Below, piece after piece: positions 1 through 9,460 of a stretch of DNA of 13,260 nt (position 1 is the first letter of the stretch; each line of letters opens with the position of its first letter). The stretch is taken from NCBI GenBank assembly GCA_018985225.1, contig JADGIF010000238.1:1-13260 (forward strand), given 5' to 3'. A program made the position numbers and the translations under genes. The stretch is from Amoeboradix gromovi X-113 (Eukaryota; Fungi; Sanchytriomycota). The notes under the pieces were generated by a model. That model ran no database searches, had not been told where the DNA came from, and saw nothing but the letters and a program-made list of their open reading frames with translations.

Positions 1-120
1 TACTCGTCAACTAGCTGAATGTCCACTCGCCTCTTAAATCCATAAAGTTATAAAGCTGAAATAATGTTCCTAGTTGTTACAGAAAGTTAGTCCAGTTTTT
101 ATATTTGATGTCCCAAATGT
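1..120. repeat. Left arm of long-range inverted repeat (partner 11445-11549)
   Basis: 94/97 aligned bases identical. This arm has an extra 23 nt (40-62). Homology runs to base 1 and may continue outside the window. Confidence 0.95.
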
Positions 121-290
121 TATTTTTTGGGTTTTAAACGTTCAAAGTTCACAAAAATATTGTGAATTTATGCAGGAGATAGCCTTATGGGTTGTAGCGA
201 ATAGTTTCTAGTTTTGCTTTGTATTATTTTGTAATTCCTATCGAAGTTGCACTTGTATTTTTTGTGGCACTCCAAGGTCTAATGGGACCT
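1..290 (-). pseudogene. Second Fanzor/TnpB-like remnant (copy A), cut by the window start
   Basis: Minus strand reads PLDLGV (285-268, RuvC-I-like), then TFGTSNIKTGLTFCNN (from 120), then ...EASGH... and GTTGACGAGTA (VDE+) at the window edge. Bases 1-120 are near-identical to the reverse complement of 11445-11549. Confidence 0.6.
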
Positions 291-318
291 CATAACTTGA
301 AGCAAGGATAAAGCAACA

Positions 319-3300
319 ATGAATTTGCCAAAACATTGGTTATTCGAAGTCATAGTGGCAGTAACAATAATTATAGGAATACTCTCCTATGTGATTTTTG
401 TACCAATGTATATCCAATACAAACTGAATATTTTAGACTTAAATGAAACAGTAATACTGGGTATGCAGATACATGACAACGTTGTAGTATTTGATGTTAA
501 AGTACCGTCGCAATTCTTTCTTCCACTTACTATAAATATGCCAAATATTAAAGCAGTCGCACTTTATGAAGACAGCGAATGGATGACAGTGGAAATGAAC
601 GACATTAACTTTAACATTAAGAACTGTAGAATTATAGGCAATGCTACCATTCTTGATACCAATAATAATAATGCAATGGAGCTGCTAATGCAAAATGGAT
701 GGAAAACATCTTTGAGAATTGAAGCAATTGTTAAAATTCACTATTTTATACCATGGTACACCCTGAGTGTATATAAAATAATAGACATTCCAGATATTGA
801 ACCTGATGTATTATCTATCTACAATTCTATGCCTAATTACATCTTTACTCCGGAATCTCATTTAGAAATGCAGCACATGTCTAATCTATCAACAATTATA
901 GGTGACTTGTACCACCCTATTCCTGAATTTGATTTCAAGAATTACAAAATTATACATCAAAATACGACTCATTTACAGTTAGATATAGAGTTGGCATTTA
1001 TTAATCCATTTCTGTTTCAATTGAATCTGGCGCTAGTATCATTCGATTTTGTAGTTCTGGATCAGCTGCTATTTCATATGGATATACCCGATATTAAGCT
1101 TACCGGTAACTCCATACTGCTACATTTAAATTTTCATTTTATCGACATGATAAAAGTACATGACATTATATCTACTGTGATATCCAATATGCTCAGCAAT
1201 GTGTATAATAGTATGAAAATATCGAACTTGTACATATCTGCAAAGGTTGCTAATCATAACGTCGATTTGACTGTCCCAATAGGTAAATGGCTGAAAGCAA
1301 TGAACTTGAATGACATATTCCATATTAACATATTCAACTATCTCCAATTCAATGTTCATGACTCCAACAATCAGTTTAATATGGATTTCAACTTTCACAT
1401 TCCATTTATTTTCAAACTACTTTCTACGCCTTTTCCATATCTAGTTGAATTTGAAATATCCACAATTTTGAAGCATCAGGGATTCATCACTACTCGAATG
1501 TCTAACATCTCTTTCATTATGAACAGTAGGCTATTGCACGTCACTGGTAACGCAATTATTGTATTTCATGAGCACTCAGCTGCGCAATCTAATGCTGCTT
1601 TGTTTACAAAAGTATTCCACAGTCCTACTACGTTTTATATTTCAAGAATCCAACTGACTCCCACATTGCCATCGTCAGATTTGATCAAAAGATCTCGTCA
1701 CCTCTCTTGGCATTCCTTGTTTCATTCATCCACAATCCCAGTGACTTTATTGTTCGACTTGAATGACATACTTTCCATTTTATTGCTTGATTTTGATATC
1801 AATTCAGTCAATTTCATAGTCGAAGTCATCGATGATCAATTTCAAATCAAATTTAAATCCCATTTTGTATTCCCAATCAATGTTTCATTAACCAACTTCA
1901 GCACTTGTTTTGTTATTTCAACAACCACCAAAGGATACACTAATTTCATAGATGTATGTTTGAATGATCTAAATATTGCTGATTCTATTCTAACTAGTGG
2001 TACAATATCTGCATCAAGTTATGATTTTAACTACATTTCCGCTTTGGTAACTTCTGTCGTAAACTGCAATGATTGTTATTTTAACCTACATGATATATCA
2101 TTTGGCCATTCTGATAACCTTATACACACATTCAATAAGTCGAACATTAAGTTCCCTTACGCCTTGATAAAACGCCATTTAGACTCTATATTTAACAAAG
2201 TTATTAGCATGGCTTATGAAGTAGGTATTATATTTATTGATGCTTCTATCAAAGACACCGACCATGGTCCTGGTGATGATGTGAATACACTTTTAAGTGG
2301 CTTTGTTCAATTTCTAGTAAGTCATCCATTCAATGTCATTATCAAACCTTTTCAGTTCGGCCTTGTGGTTAAATTGGATTCTGATACCATTCTAAGTGTT
2401 AAGTTTAACGCATATTTAAACAAGGATAAATTTACATTCAAATCTGAATACGTGATCACATTGAACCATCCTACTGAGCCCAGTTCGCATAAGAATGGTA
2501 TTTCAATCAATTCTTTCAACATAAACAACGTTAGCCATGATATTAATCTAAATTTACCGCCCTTATCTACCATTTACCCGCTGATACTGCCAATAATTAC
2601 TAGAATTATTGATATACCTACAATTTCACCCATAATCAATACTGTGAGCATATCAAATACAACAAGAGGTATTAATATGAAGTTAACAATTACTTCCAAC
2701 TATTATCCATTCAACATCAACTTGCATGATATCCAGTTCACTTCAGAACTGAATAACAACCAGTTCATGCATTGTCATCTGCATTCTATTACTTTGAAAC
2801 ACGATGTATTCCAGTTAGACTTGGATATGAATGTCATTAACAACAATGATTTCAATGCTGTTATTGATGATTTGGCTTACGAAAAACAGTCCACAAACAC
2901 TGTATCAGTCAGCAATCTTGTATTCCATCAGCTGAAGCAGTTTCGATTCATTTCTGTAGATGTTACTAACCATTATCTAGCAATATCTGGTATTTACCAT
3001 ATTAATATTCAAAACAGTGCTCTGAATTGGATCAATACCTTGAAACTGAAACTGAACAATCTCTCTGTCAGCAATGCCAATGAGCTGATCATCGGCCAAA
3101 TGTCCATGAGTATGGACATCTTCAGTATTTTATCTTCTTCTACAGTTATTCCCTCTATTTATGTCAAACTACAAGGTATAACTATAAAAATTGATGGAAT
3201 TTTAATCAAATGCGACATACTTTACAGTAACAACATTATTATTGTAGATTATATGAGTAAAGGCACCGCAGATAACAACAATATCAACATCAACAAGTAT

Positions 3301-6300
3301 ATGAACTTGTCTAATGGGAATGAATCTAATGCACTCGAAGATGTGGTTATCAGTGCCGGTTATTTCAATATAGATCGACTATTCAACATAAACATCAACA
3401 CGCTATCATCATTTATTGTCAACACTGCAACCCCATTCATTGACCAATTTAGTGTTTACGTAATACAATTGTTGCACGGAAAAACAACGATCCAACTGCC
3501 ATTTGGATCTCTTATTCTGAGCAATGTGCAAATTAATCAAAATGACGGTTTTATTAACAACAAAGTGAATATTGATTATTCTGGGAATATTCTTGTTGAC
3601 ATTGACATAAAATACAGCGGCTGCATTCAACATTTGTGCTATAACGGACACTTTATATTGGATTCTAGCAGTTCTAATCTTGAGACTGATTTAGTTCAGG
3701 GTTTAAAGGGTAGATCAGATGCAATACCAGCCAATGGTGGAAAAACTACTACAATGCTACAAGTACACTCTAAAAACAGAAACCAAGTATTCAACATGGA
3801 ATCTTTAGTTATTGATGGCTACATTTCTGATTTACACTTTTTACTTGACTTGTCAGTGTTTAATCTCTTATACAACACCTTATTTAACACTCTGATTGGT
3901 ATATCAGAGGAATTGTTGCAATTAGACACTGCTCCATCAATCTCGTTTAATGCTAAAAACAAGATGGCTATATCTACTAGTCTGCTAAATGCTACCTGCT
4001 CAAGCATATCTATCAACATTTCTGACTCTACTATAACCATCAACCCTTCAATGCGCATCGTATCGGCGTACAACTTTATCGCACTGTTTAATTTAGTCAA
4101 TGTCAATCTGCCCAATTTTGCTAATTTAAATGTCCACGGCATCAGAGCAACAGGCAATGATGTTGCTATCGGATACATTGAGATATCCGATTCTGACAAA
4201 TCTCTTTCCACAATCTCTGCCCCTCCAATTACTGTAAATGCCAACACTTTAATCAACTCGCTGTATCACAATCTGCATGATCAGGTATATGACTTCATTC
4301 GTGGTTTATTTGATTCTTTTACTATTAATGCTAACAACTTCAAAGTGATATTCAATGGAGTTCATTCTTCTGTTAATTTCAGCATGAATGGACTATCACT
4401 TAACATCCAAATACAGTCATTTAACGTATTGGATGACCTAATAGTGGATCTAATAGTGGATTCTAGTTTTGATGTTGAGATTAATGGCGTTCTTGGGTTT
4501 ATTGTTACCTATAACAATGAAAATATCGAAGTATCTGTTAGCGCTACAACAACCAAGGCAATTTCATTGCGTGTACGAATAAAATCACACTACATTCCAA
4601 TCATAACAAGTCTCATATCCGATCTGATAAATGGCAACTTGTCTGTTGCTAACTTATCTGCTATTAAAATCAATGATATTGACATTCCCATCAACATTGA
4701 TGTTCCTAATAGCATAATATATAGCATATATAATCAGCTAATCGACATAATAAACAGTGTGATAGTAGATGTTTATGTAGGGTATGAGGATGTTAGAATA
4801 GACATGCGCACACCTACAGGCTCAAACAGTACCATGTGTACTATAACCAGTGTCAGCATAATGGATAATGTGATTAAGTTTACAGCAAGTACAGAAATGC
4901 AAATAAAAATTGACATCGATTCAGACATAGTGCTACGCCTAGTGGATACAGACACTGATATAGATATACCAGTGCATCTTCATTTATACTCTACTAGTAA
5001 ACCATCTGTTGTAGTTGTAGAATGCACTGTACAAAGTACAAATGTAGATGGCCGCATATTGACATTGATAAACAACTTGGTAGCCAAGGTGCTACTTAAA
5101 GATGAAGTGGCAAACACAGCTGATGTGACACTAAAGTCGTTTAAGTACAAGAACTTGGAGATAGTCGATATAAACATAATGGATTATATGAACAGGATAG
5201 CGATAAATAGCAGGGTAATAGATGTGGAAATGATAAATGACTTGTATAACAGCATCCACACTCTTTTAGCAGACATTCAGGGTGCAGAGATAAACAGGAA
5301 CATTGAAAATAGAGTAATTAGCATTTACAACAGAATATACAGCTACATGCAGAGTGCTACAAGCATATTCAATATAAATACGGTTACTCGTATCAATAAT
5401 AAAGACGGACTGAATTTGAAGATAGATTTGGCTAGTGATTACACCTTTATAAGAATGCAACAGAAAATCCAGGTTGTAATGAGTGGCTACATTTGCGATA
5501 TAGAAATAGCTGATATAGCTGATAAACGCACCCATACCTCTAGTAAGACCAACATAGCTCTAAAATGTAATTCAATAATAAGTAGCATTAGCACTATAAG
5601 TACAAGTATGCTAAATGTGGACCTAGGCAATAAACTAGACATTCTCATGGATTATATAACTAGCGTATGCTACCGAATAATGGATTATGTTAAGAATAGA
5701 ATTTATGAGTTGATAGAATATTTGCGAGTGATAATGGTGCATTACACGAGCATGAATGAGAGTACAATGTACTTGAAAGCACCAATAAACATAGAAATAG
5801 ATTACGCAACTGTTGTACAAATAGACTCTGGAATACAGTTAAAATTGGACCTGCAAGCAGCACAAGGAGATATAATAGCTGCAAGGTATGCCGTAGTGGG
5901 ATTACAAGATGCGGTGAACAAAATAAACGTAGTGGATGGAAACGTCAGACTAGATGATATAAAAGGTGTTGGTGTTGGTGGATTCATGTTTGGCAGCGGT
6001 GTTTTGGAAAGGATCAACAGCATTTTAAACCTCCTACTCGACGATTTGAATAGCCATACACTTGACAGGGACATAATTGAAGATTATATCAAATACTATC
6101 TTGTAAGTATAGATTGCGGATTCTCACACGACCATGCGTCAGTGGCGATGGAAATAAACAACAAGTACAATGTGATTATGACCCTGGAAATGGTGATGGA
6201 AACAGAGGGCATGACAATCAGCACAATGACTGCTATAAATGCTACAAGAATATATAACAAGGTAACTGTGCAGGACGGTGGAGGGTTGATAAATCACTTC

Positions 6301-7239
6301 AATCGCTTCTTGTATGATAAAGACGATCAGATGGAAATGCTGGACATCAATATAATAGTGCTGGATAACAACATAAATATCCGGTGGGATATAAACTACT
6401 ACGTCCAAAAGCTTAAGCAGAACAACAAAGAGGACAGAACGTTTGGATTAACTGATGTGGCAGTAGTACCCGCAGTTTACGGGTTTAAAGCAAGTGTAGA
6501 GGGATACATTAACATGATAACTATGCCAATAAACATTAAAATGGACAAAATGACTGTAGACATCTATTATGATAATGTCCATGTGATAGACTTGGTATGC
6601 ACCGAGCTTGTGGGTAATAACACCGGATTCAGCGTGGAAATGGAGATAAGAGTGCGACTGGACGAGTTCTTTACAAGGTGGGACATGGCACTGGGCAGGT
6701 TGTTAAAATGGGAAGATATAGCACAGGGTGCAGATTTTAGAGCAGCAATGATATACACAGAAAGCAAACAACTGGACTGGTTCAGTAGCGGAGTCTTCAA
6801 ATTTCAAGACATTGTTATGTATGACCCAATGACAGTGGTCATGAGACCCACAGGAATACAGCAGGTAAAGTTAAGTGTTATGTTTAACAATCCAGGACCA
6901 TTAAGAATCACATTAGGGAATGTTCAGCTACAGCTAGTGAATGGTAATGATACCATGGTTGACATTTACAGTACGGAGCAAGTCCTTCTTACAAATGTAG
7001 ACTACAAGAATGGAGAGAACAAAATGGTTATGAAAATAAACACGGGAAATGTATTGGATGTTACTCGAGGATTAGCAAGTGGTGTTATGGGTAAGTGGAG
7101 ATTTAAAGGAAATGTGACAGACGAGGGTGGAAACGGCGTACAATGGATGAATGATGTGCTAGAACATTCACCAAAAGTTATGATGCACCATTTAATGGGA
7201 ATATTACAGAAAGCCATGAAGATGGTTAAGATACGTTGA
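319..7239 (+). CDS. Giant single-pass membrane-anchored beta-rich protein, Tag1/DUF3712 (LEA_2-like repeat)-like
   Basis: Uninterrupted 2306-codon ORF (ATG 319, TGA 7237-7239). N-terminal hydrophobic helix (WLFEVIVAVTIIIGILSYVIFVP). Alternating hydrophobic beta-strand pattern throughout. LEA_2/DUF3712-type strand motifs IELAFINPFLFQLNLALVSFDF near the N-terminus and LSVMFNNPGPLRITLGNVQLQL near the C-terminus. The CDS is well supported; the family call is by motif resemblance only. Confidence 0.7.
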   Translation: MNLPKHWLFEVIVAVTIIIGILSYVIFVPMYIQYKLNILDLNETVILGMQIHDNVVVFDVKVPSQFFLPLTINMPNIKAVALYEDSEWMTVEMNDINFNIKNCRIIGNATILDTNNNNAMELLMQNGWKTSLRIEAIVKIHYFIPWYTLSVYKIIDIPDIEPDVLSIYNSMPNYIFTPESHLEMQHMSNLSTIIGDLYHPIPEFDFKNYKIIHQNTTHLQLDIELAFINPFLFQLNLALVSFDFVVLDQLLFHMDIPDIKLTGNSILLHLNFHFIDMIKVHDIISTVISNMLSNVYNSMKISNLYISAKVANHNVDLTVPIGKWLKAMNLNDIFHINIFNYLQFNVHDSNNQFNMDFNFHIPFIFKLLSTPFPYLVEFEISTILKHQGFITTRMSNISFIMNSRLLHVTGNAIIVFHEHSAAQSNAALFTKVFHSPTTFYISRIQLTPTLPSSDLIKRSRHLSWHSLFHSSTIPVTLLFDLNDILSILLLDFDINSVNFIVEVIDDQFQIKFKSHFVFPINVSLTNFSTCFVISTTTKGYTNFIDVCLNDLNIADSILTSGTISASSYDFNYISALVTSVVNCNDCYFNLHDISFGHSDNLIHTFNKSNIKFPYALIKRHLDSIFNKVISMAYEVGIIFIDASIKDTDHGPGDDVNTLLSGFVQFLVSHPFNVIIKPFQFGLVVKLDSDTILSVKFNAYLNKDKFTFKSEYVITLNHPTEPSSHKNGISINSFNINNVSHDINLNLPPLSTIYPLILPIITRIIDIPTISPIINTVSISNTTRGINMKLTITSNYYPFNINLHDIQFTSELNNNQFMHCHLHSITLKHDVFQLDLDMNVINNNDFNAVIDDLAYEKQSTNTVSVSNLVFHQLKQFRFISVDVTNHYLAISGIYHINIQNSALNWINTLKLKLNNLSVSNANELIIGQMSMSMDIFSILSSSTVIPSIYVKLQGITIKIDGILIKCDILYSNNIIIVDYMSKGTADNNNININKYMNLSNGNESNALEDVVISAGYFNIDRLFNININTLSSFIVNTATPFIDQFSVYVIQLLHGKTTIQLPFGSLILSNVQINQNDGFINNKVNIDYSGNILVDIDIKYSGCIQHLCYNGHFILDSSSSNLETDLVQGLKGRSDAIPANGGKTTTMLQVHSKNRNQVFNMESLVIDGYISDLHFLLDLSVFNLLYNTLFNTLIGISEELLQLDTAPSISFNAKNKMAISTSLLNATCSSISINISDSTITINPSMRIVSAYNFIALFNLVNVNLPNFANLNVHGIRATGNDVAIGYIEISDSDKSLSTISAPPITVNANTLINSLYHNLHDQVYDFIRGLFDSFTINANNFKVIFNGVHSSVNFSMNGLSLNIQIQSFNVLDDLIVDLIVDSSFDVEINGVLGFIVTYNNENIEVSVSATTTKAISLRVRIKSHYIPIITSLISDLINGNLSVANLSAIKINDIDIPINIDVPNSIIYSIYNQLIDIINSVIVDVYVGYEDVRIDMRTPTGSNSTMCTITSVSIMDNVIKFTASTEMQIKIDIDSDIVLRLVDTDTDIDIPVHLHLYSTSKPSVVVVECTVQSTNVDGRILTLINNLVAKVLLKDEVANTADVTLKSFKYKNLEIVDINIMDYMNRIAINSRVIDVEMINDLYNSIHTLLADIQGAEINRNIENRVISIYNRIYSYMQSATSIFNINTVTRINNKDGLNLKIDLASDYTFIRMQQKIQVVMSGYICDIEIADIADKRTHTSSKTNIALKCNSIISSISTISTSMLNVDLGNKLDILMDYITSVCYRIMDYVKNRIYELIEYLRVIMVHYTSMNESTMYLKAPINIEIDYATVVQIDSGIQLKLDLQAAQGDIIAARYAVVGLQDAVNKINVVDGNVRLDDIKGVGVGGFMFGSGVLERINSILNLLLDDLNSHTLDRDIIEDYIKYYLVSIDCGFSHDHASVAMEINNKYNVIMTLEMVMETEGMTISTMTAINATRIYNKVTVQDGGGLINHFNRFLYDKDDQMEMLDINIIVLDNNINIRWDINYYVQKLKQNNKEDRTFGLTDVAVVPAVYGFKASVEGYINMITMPINIKMDKMTVDIYYDNVHVIDLVCTELVGNNTGFSVEMEIRVRLDEFFTRWDMALGRLLKWEDIAQGADFRAAMIYTESKQLDWFSSGVFKFQDIVMYDPMTVVMRPTGIQQVKLSVMFNNPGPLRITLGNVQLQLVNGNDTMVDIYSTEQVLLTNVDYKNGENKMVMKINTGNVLDVTRGLASGVMGKWRFKGNVTDEGGNGVQWMNDVLEHSPKVMMHHLMGILQKAMKMVKIR

Positions 7240-7456
7240 ATCTACTCATTATGCATGATTTAGCTACCAAACTTTAATAAATGCTTGCCTTTCCTAATTG
7301 AGATCTGACAATATCTGCTTCTGCTGTAAAATATTAGATACCAAGAGAAAAAATGATATACTAATTTATATGTTCTCTGGATTTTAAGTTGGTTCTTGAA
7401 TTTGCAAACATCTACCACGAAAAACAACGTTAGAAGCCACAAATTTGAAGACTAAA

Positions 7457-9229
7457 ATGTTTGTAAATAAAACCCTCATACTATTCGTGATTTTGCTTAT
7501 TTTAGTTGATGTCAAGCATATCTACTATAAAGTCAGGTTCGAGTTTGAACCGTTAACTTGCATTCCGCTAAAAGCGAATCCAATCGTAGTAAATAGCATA
7601 GAGAAGAGAATTGAAAGCAAAAAGCATATAACTAGACCATTTAAGCACGAGTACTGTAAGTATCCATTCAAAGATTTTATTAGCGAGTTTGACAGAATTA
7701 AATACTTGGAATGTATCGTAAAGACTGAAATTTATAATAAGCACGAAGAATCAAACAGCTTTAAGAGCGCTACTAGGTTTTATAAGAAACAATATGGCAT
7801 ACCTCCCCCAGTAGGTTTTGATGAATGGTATTCTTACGCAAGAAGCAAAGGTTGCAGAATCGATCATTATGATGATTTGATGTTACAACTAAATCCACTA
7901 AGAAGCAAAGCAAATAGAGATAATTCAATAAAAGAGCTAATTGAGGAGCTGATATACGCACTACCAAACAATGATCAGGTCAAAGTTTACGATTTTTTGA
8001 AAAATAAAATAACGGAAAATCAGTCAGAACTAAGAAGTCCATTTATAAGTGTTATTTCTGAATTTGTAGAAAACCTTCCAGCATTCAAAGCTCTGGTAAA
8101 TACCGCACCAGTTCCTTTTGTTTTGAATCCGTCATCTGTACGATACAGTACAAGTTCTTCTCTTGTTTCAAATAATCAAATGAAACCCTTTGAGTGGAAA
8201 GTAACACAAGTTCAAGATTTAAATTTTATAACATACAAACTCAAAGCTAGTGAATACTTGGAAAACATATCCATTCAGTGCAAATCTGCATATAACATTT
8301 CCAGTCTAATGCAAGGTTTTGGTCCACTGATGACTCCAAGCTCATTTATTCAAACATTGAATCCTTATCCAGTACTTTCCACTAGCAACTATCCTTGCTT
8401 ATCTTCTGACATAATTATACCAGATTTTGACCAAAAGGTTTCAAGTCCAGATATTGATGTAGTGGCTTGGGAAGACAAAATAAATAAAATGATATGGCGC
8501 GGTGACACTAGCGGATCTACATTTTACAATTTTGAAATGGACAATTTCATGCCGAATCATGTTTGCAGTGTTGATTGCACTGCATCTAAAATTAAAATTG
8601 ACGGATTCCGAAAAAAAATGGAAAGATCTTGGTTTTGGAATAACAGGCAAAGGTTTGTAAGTTATTCGAAATTTCATAGTCTTACAGATGCTGCTTTCAT
8701 AGAGTTCAACCACATGGATAGGAGCAATAACGAGGAAAATTCCTTTTTTTACTGGACTGGAGAGAAGATTGATATATTCTTGCACAAATATTTGATTAGC
8801 TTGGATGGCTTTGGAGCGGACACTCAACTTTTGAAAATGTTACAATCTAATTCATTAGTTTTTTCGGCTGACTACTCCACCAGTTGGTATTCACAGTATA
8901 CAATTCCTTTTTATCATTACATTCCAATTGATCCCGGATACAGTGCCATAAATGCAACAAATTTACCGTCTAGTATGCATCAAAAATTGAAATCCAATTT
9001 TAATACCTGGTTCAAATTCAAATATGAGCACAATGATCCTCACCTTTATAACCCACTGGGGTTTAATGACCTTATGCCGAAACTTCTGCACTACATGGAA
9101 AACGATGATTTGGCTCATCATATATCAATCGTCGCAAATGACTTTGCTAGCAAGAATTTAGGCAAAAACAATATGGATTGCTACTTGTATAGAGTTTTAT
9201 TAGAACTGGCTCGTATATCACAAGACTGA
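7457..9229 (+). CDS. Glycosyltransferase family 90 (CAP10 domain), fungal CAP10/CXT1 xylosyltransferase-like type II membrane protein
   Basis: First ATG at 7457 (the ORF-track start at 7445 is TTG), followed by a signal anchor (TLILFVILLILV). Fungal GT90 motifs: YKKQYGIPPPVGFDEWYSYA, WEDKINKMIWRGDTSG, KYLISLDGFG, LQSNSLVF, HYIPI and C-terminal MDCYLYRVLLELAR. Confidence 0.9.
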   Translation: MFVNKTLILFVILLILVDVKHIYYKVRFEFEPLTCIPLKANPIVVNSIEKRIESKKHITRPFKHEYCKYPFKDFISEFDRIKYLECIVKTEIYNKHEESNSFKSATRFYKKQYGIPPPVGFDEWYSYARSKGCRIDHYDDLMLQLNPLRSKANRDNSIKELIEELIYALPNNDQVKVYDFLKNKITENQSELRSPFISVISEFVENLPAFKALVNTAPVPFVLNPSSVRYSTSSSLVSNNQMKPFEWKVTQVQDLNFITYKLKASEYLENISIQCKSAYNISSLMQGFGPLMTPSSFIQTLNPYPVLSTSNYPCLSSDIIIPDFDQKVSSPDIDVVAWEDKINKMIWRGDTSGSTFYNFEMDNFMPNHVCSVDCTASKIKIDGFRKKMERSWFWNNRQRFVSYSKFHSLTDAAFIEFNHMDRSNNEENSFFYWTGEKIDIFLHKYLISLDGFGADTQLLKMLQSNSLVFSADYSTSWYSQYTIPFYHYIPIDPGYSAINATNLPSSMHQKLKSNFNTWFKFKYEHNDPHLYNPLGFNDLMPKLLHYMENDDLAHHISIVANDFASKNLGKNNMDCYLYRVLLELARISQD

Positions 9230-9299
9230 TTATGAGTTATAAGAATTTAGTAGGTGCAAGAATACAGAATCTAATATCCATAATTACCAGTGCCAAATA

Positions 9300-9402
9300 A
9301 AACTATAACTTACTCGTTGCGTGTAGCAGGCACTTTGAAAGAGATACTGGGTCATCCTGTTTCATTTTAAAGAGGTGAATGACGTTAATGAAAGAAAATT
9401 GG
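9300..9402 (+). pseudogene. Third remnant (copy B): C-terminal Zn-knuckle/RuvC-III fragment
   Basis: 9322-9372 reads CSRHFERDTGSSCFILK, homologous to FERDAGSSSFI at 11751-11783 (26/33 nt, 9/11 aa). It is followed by AATGAAAGAAAATTGG (9387-9402), identical to 11803-11818. Confidence 0.6.
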
Positions 9403-9460
9403 CTTGAAAGGACTATTTTTGGAGTTTCTTTAAATGAGGTTGCATAAAATAAAATAAAGT

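Noticed and set aside
1126-7217. Many 60-145-aa minus-strand ORFs within the giant gene
   Set aside because: They are antisense shadows of a long coding frame with no recognisable motifs.
7260-7442. 60-aa minus-strand ORF filling the spacer between the giant gene and GT90; possible further nuclease relic (N-terminal part)
   Set aside because: It starts at TTG, has no motif and shows no detectable similarity to the other relics by eye. Unresolved without a family consensus.
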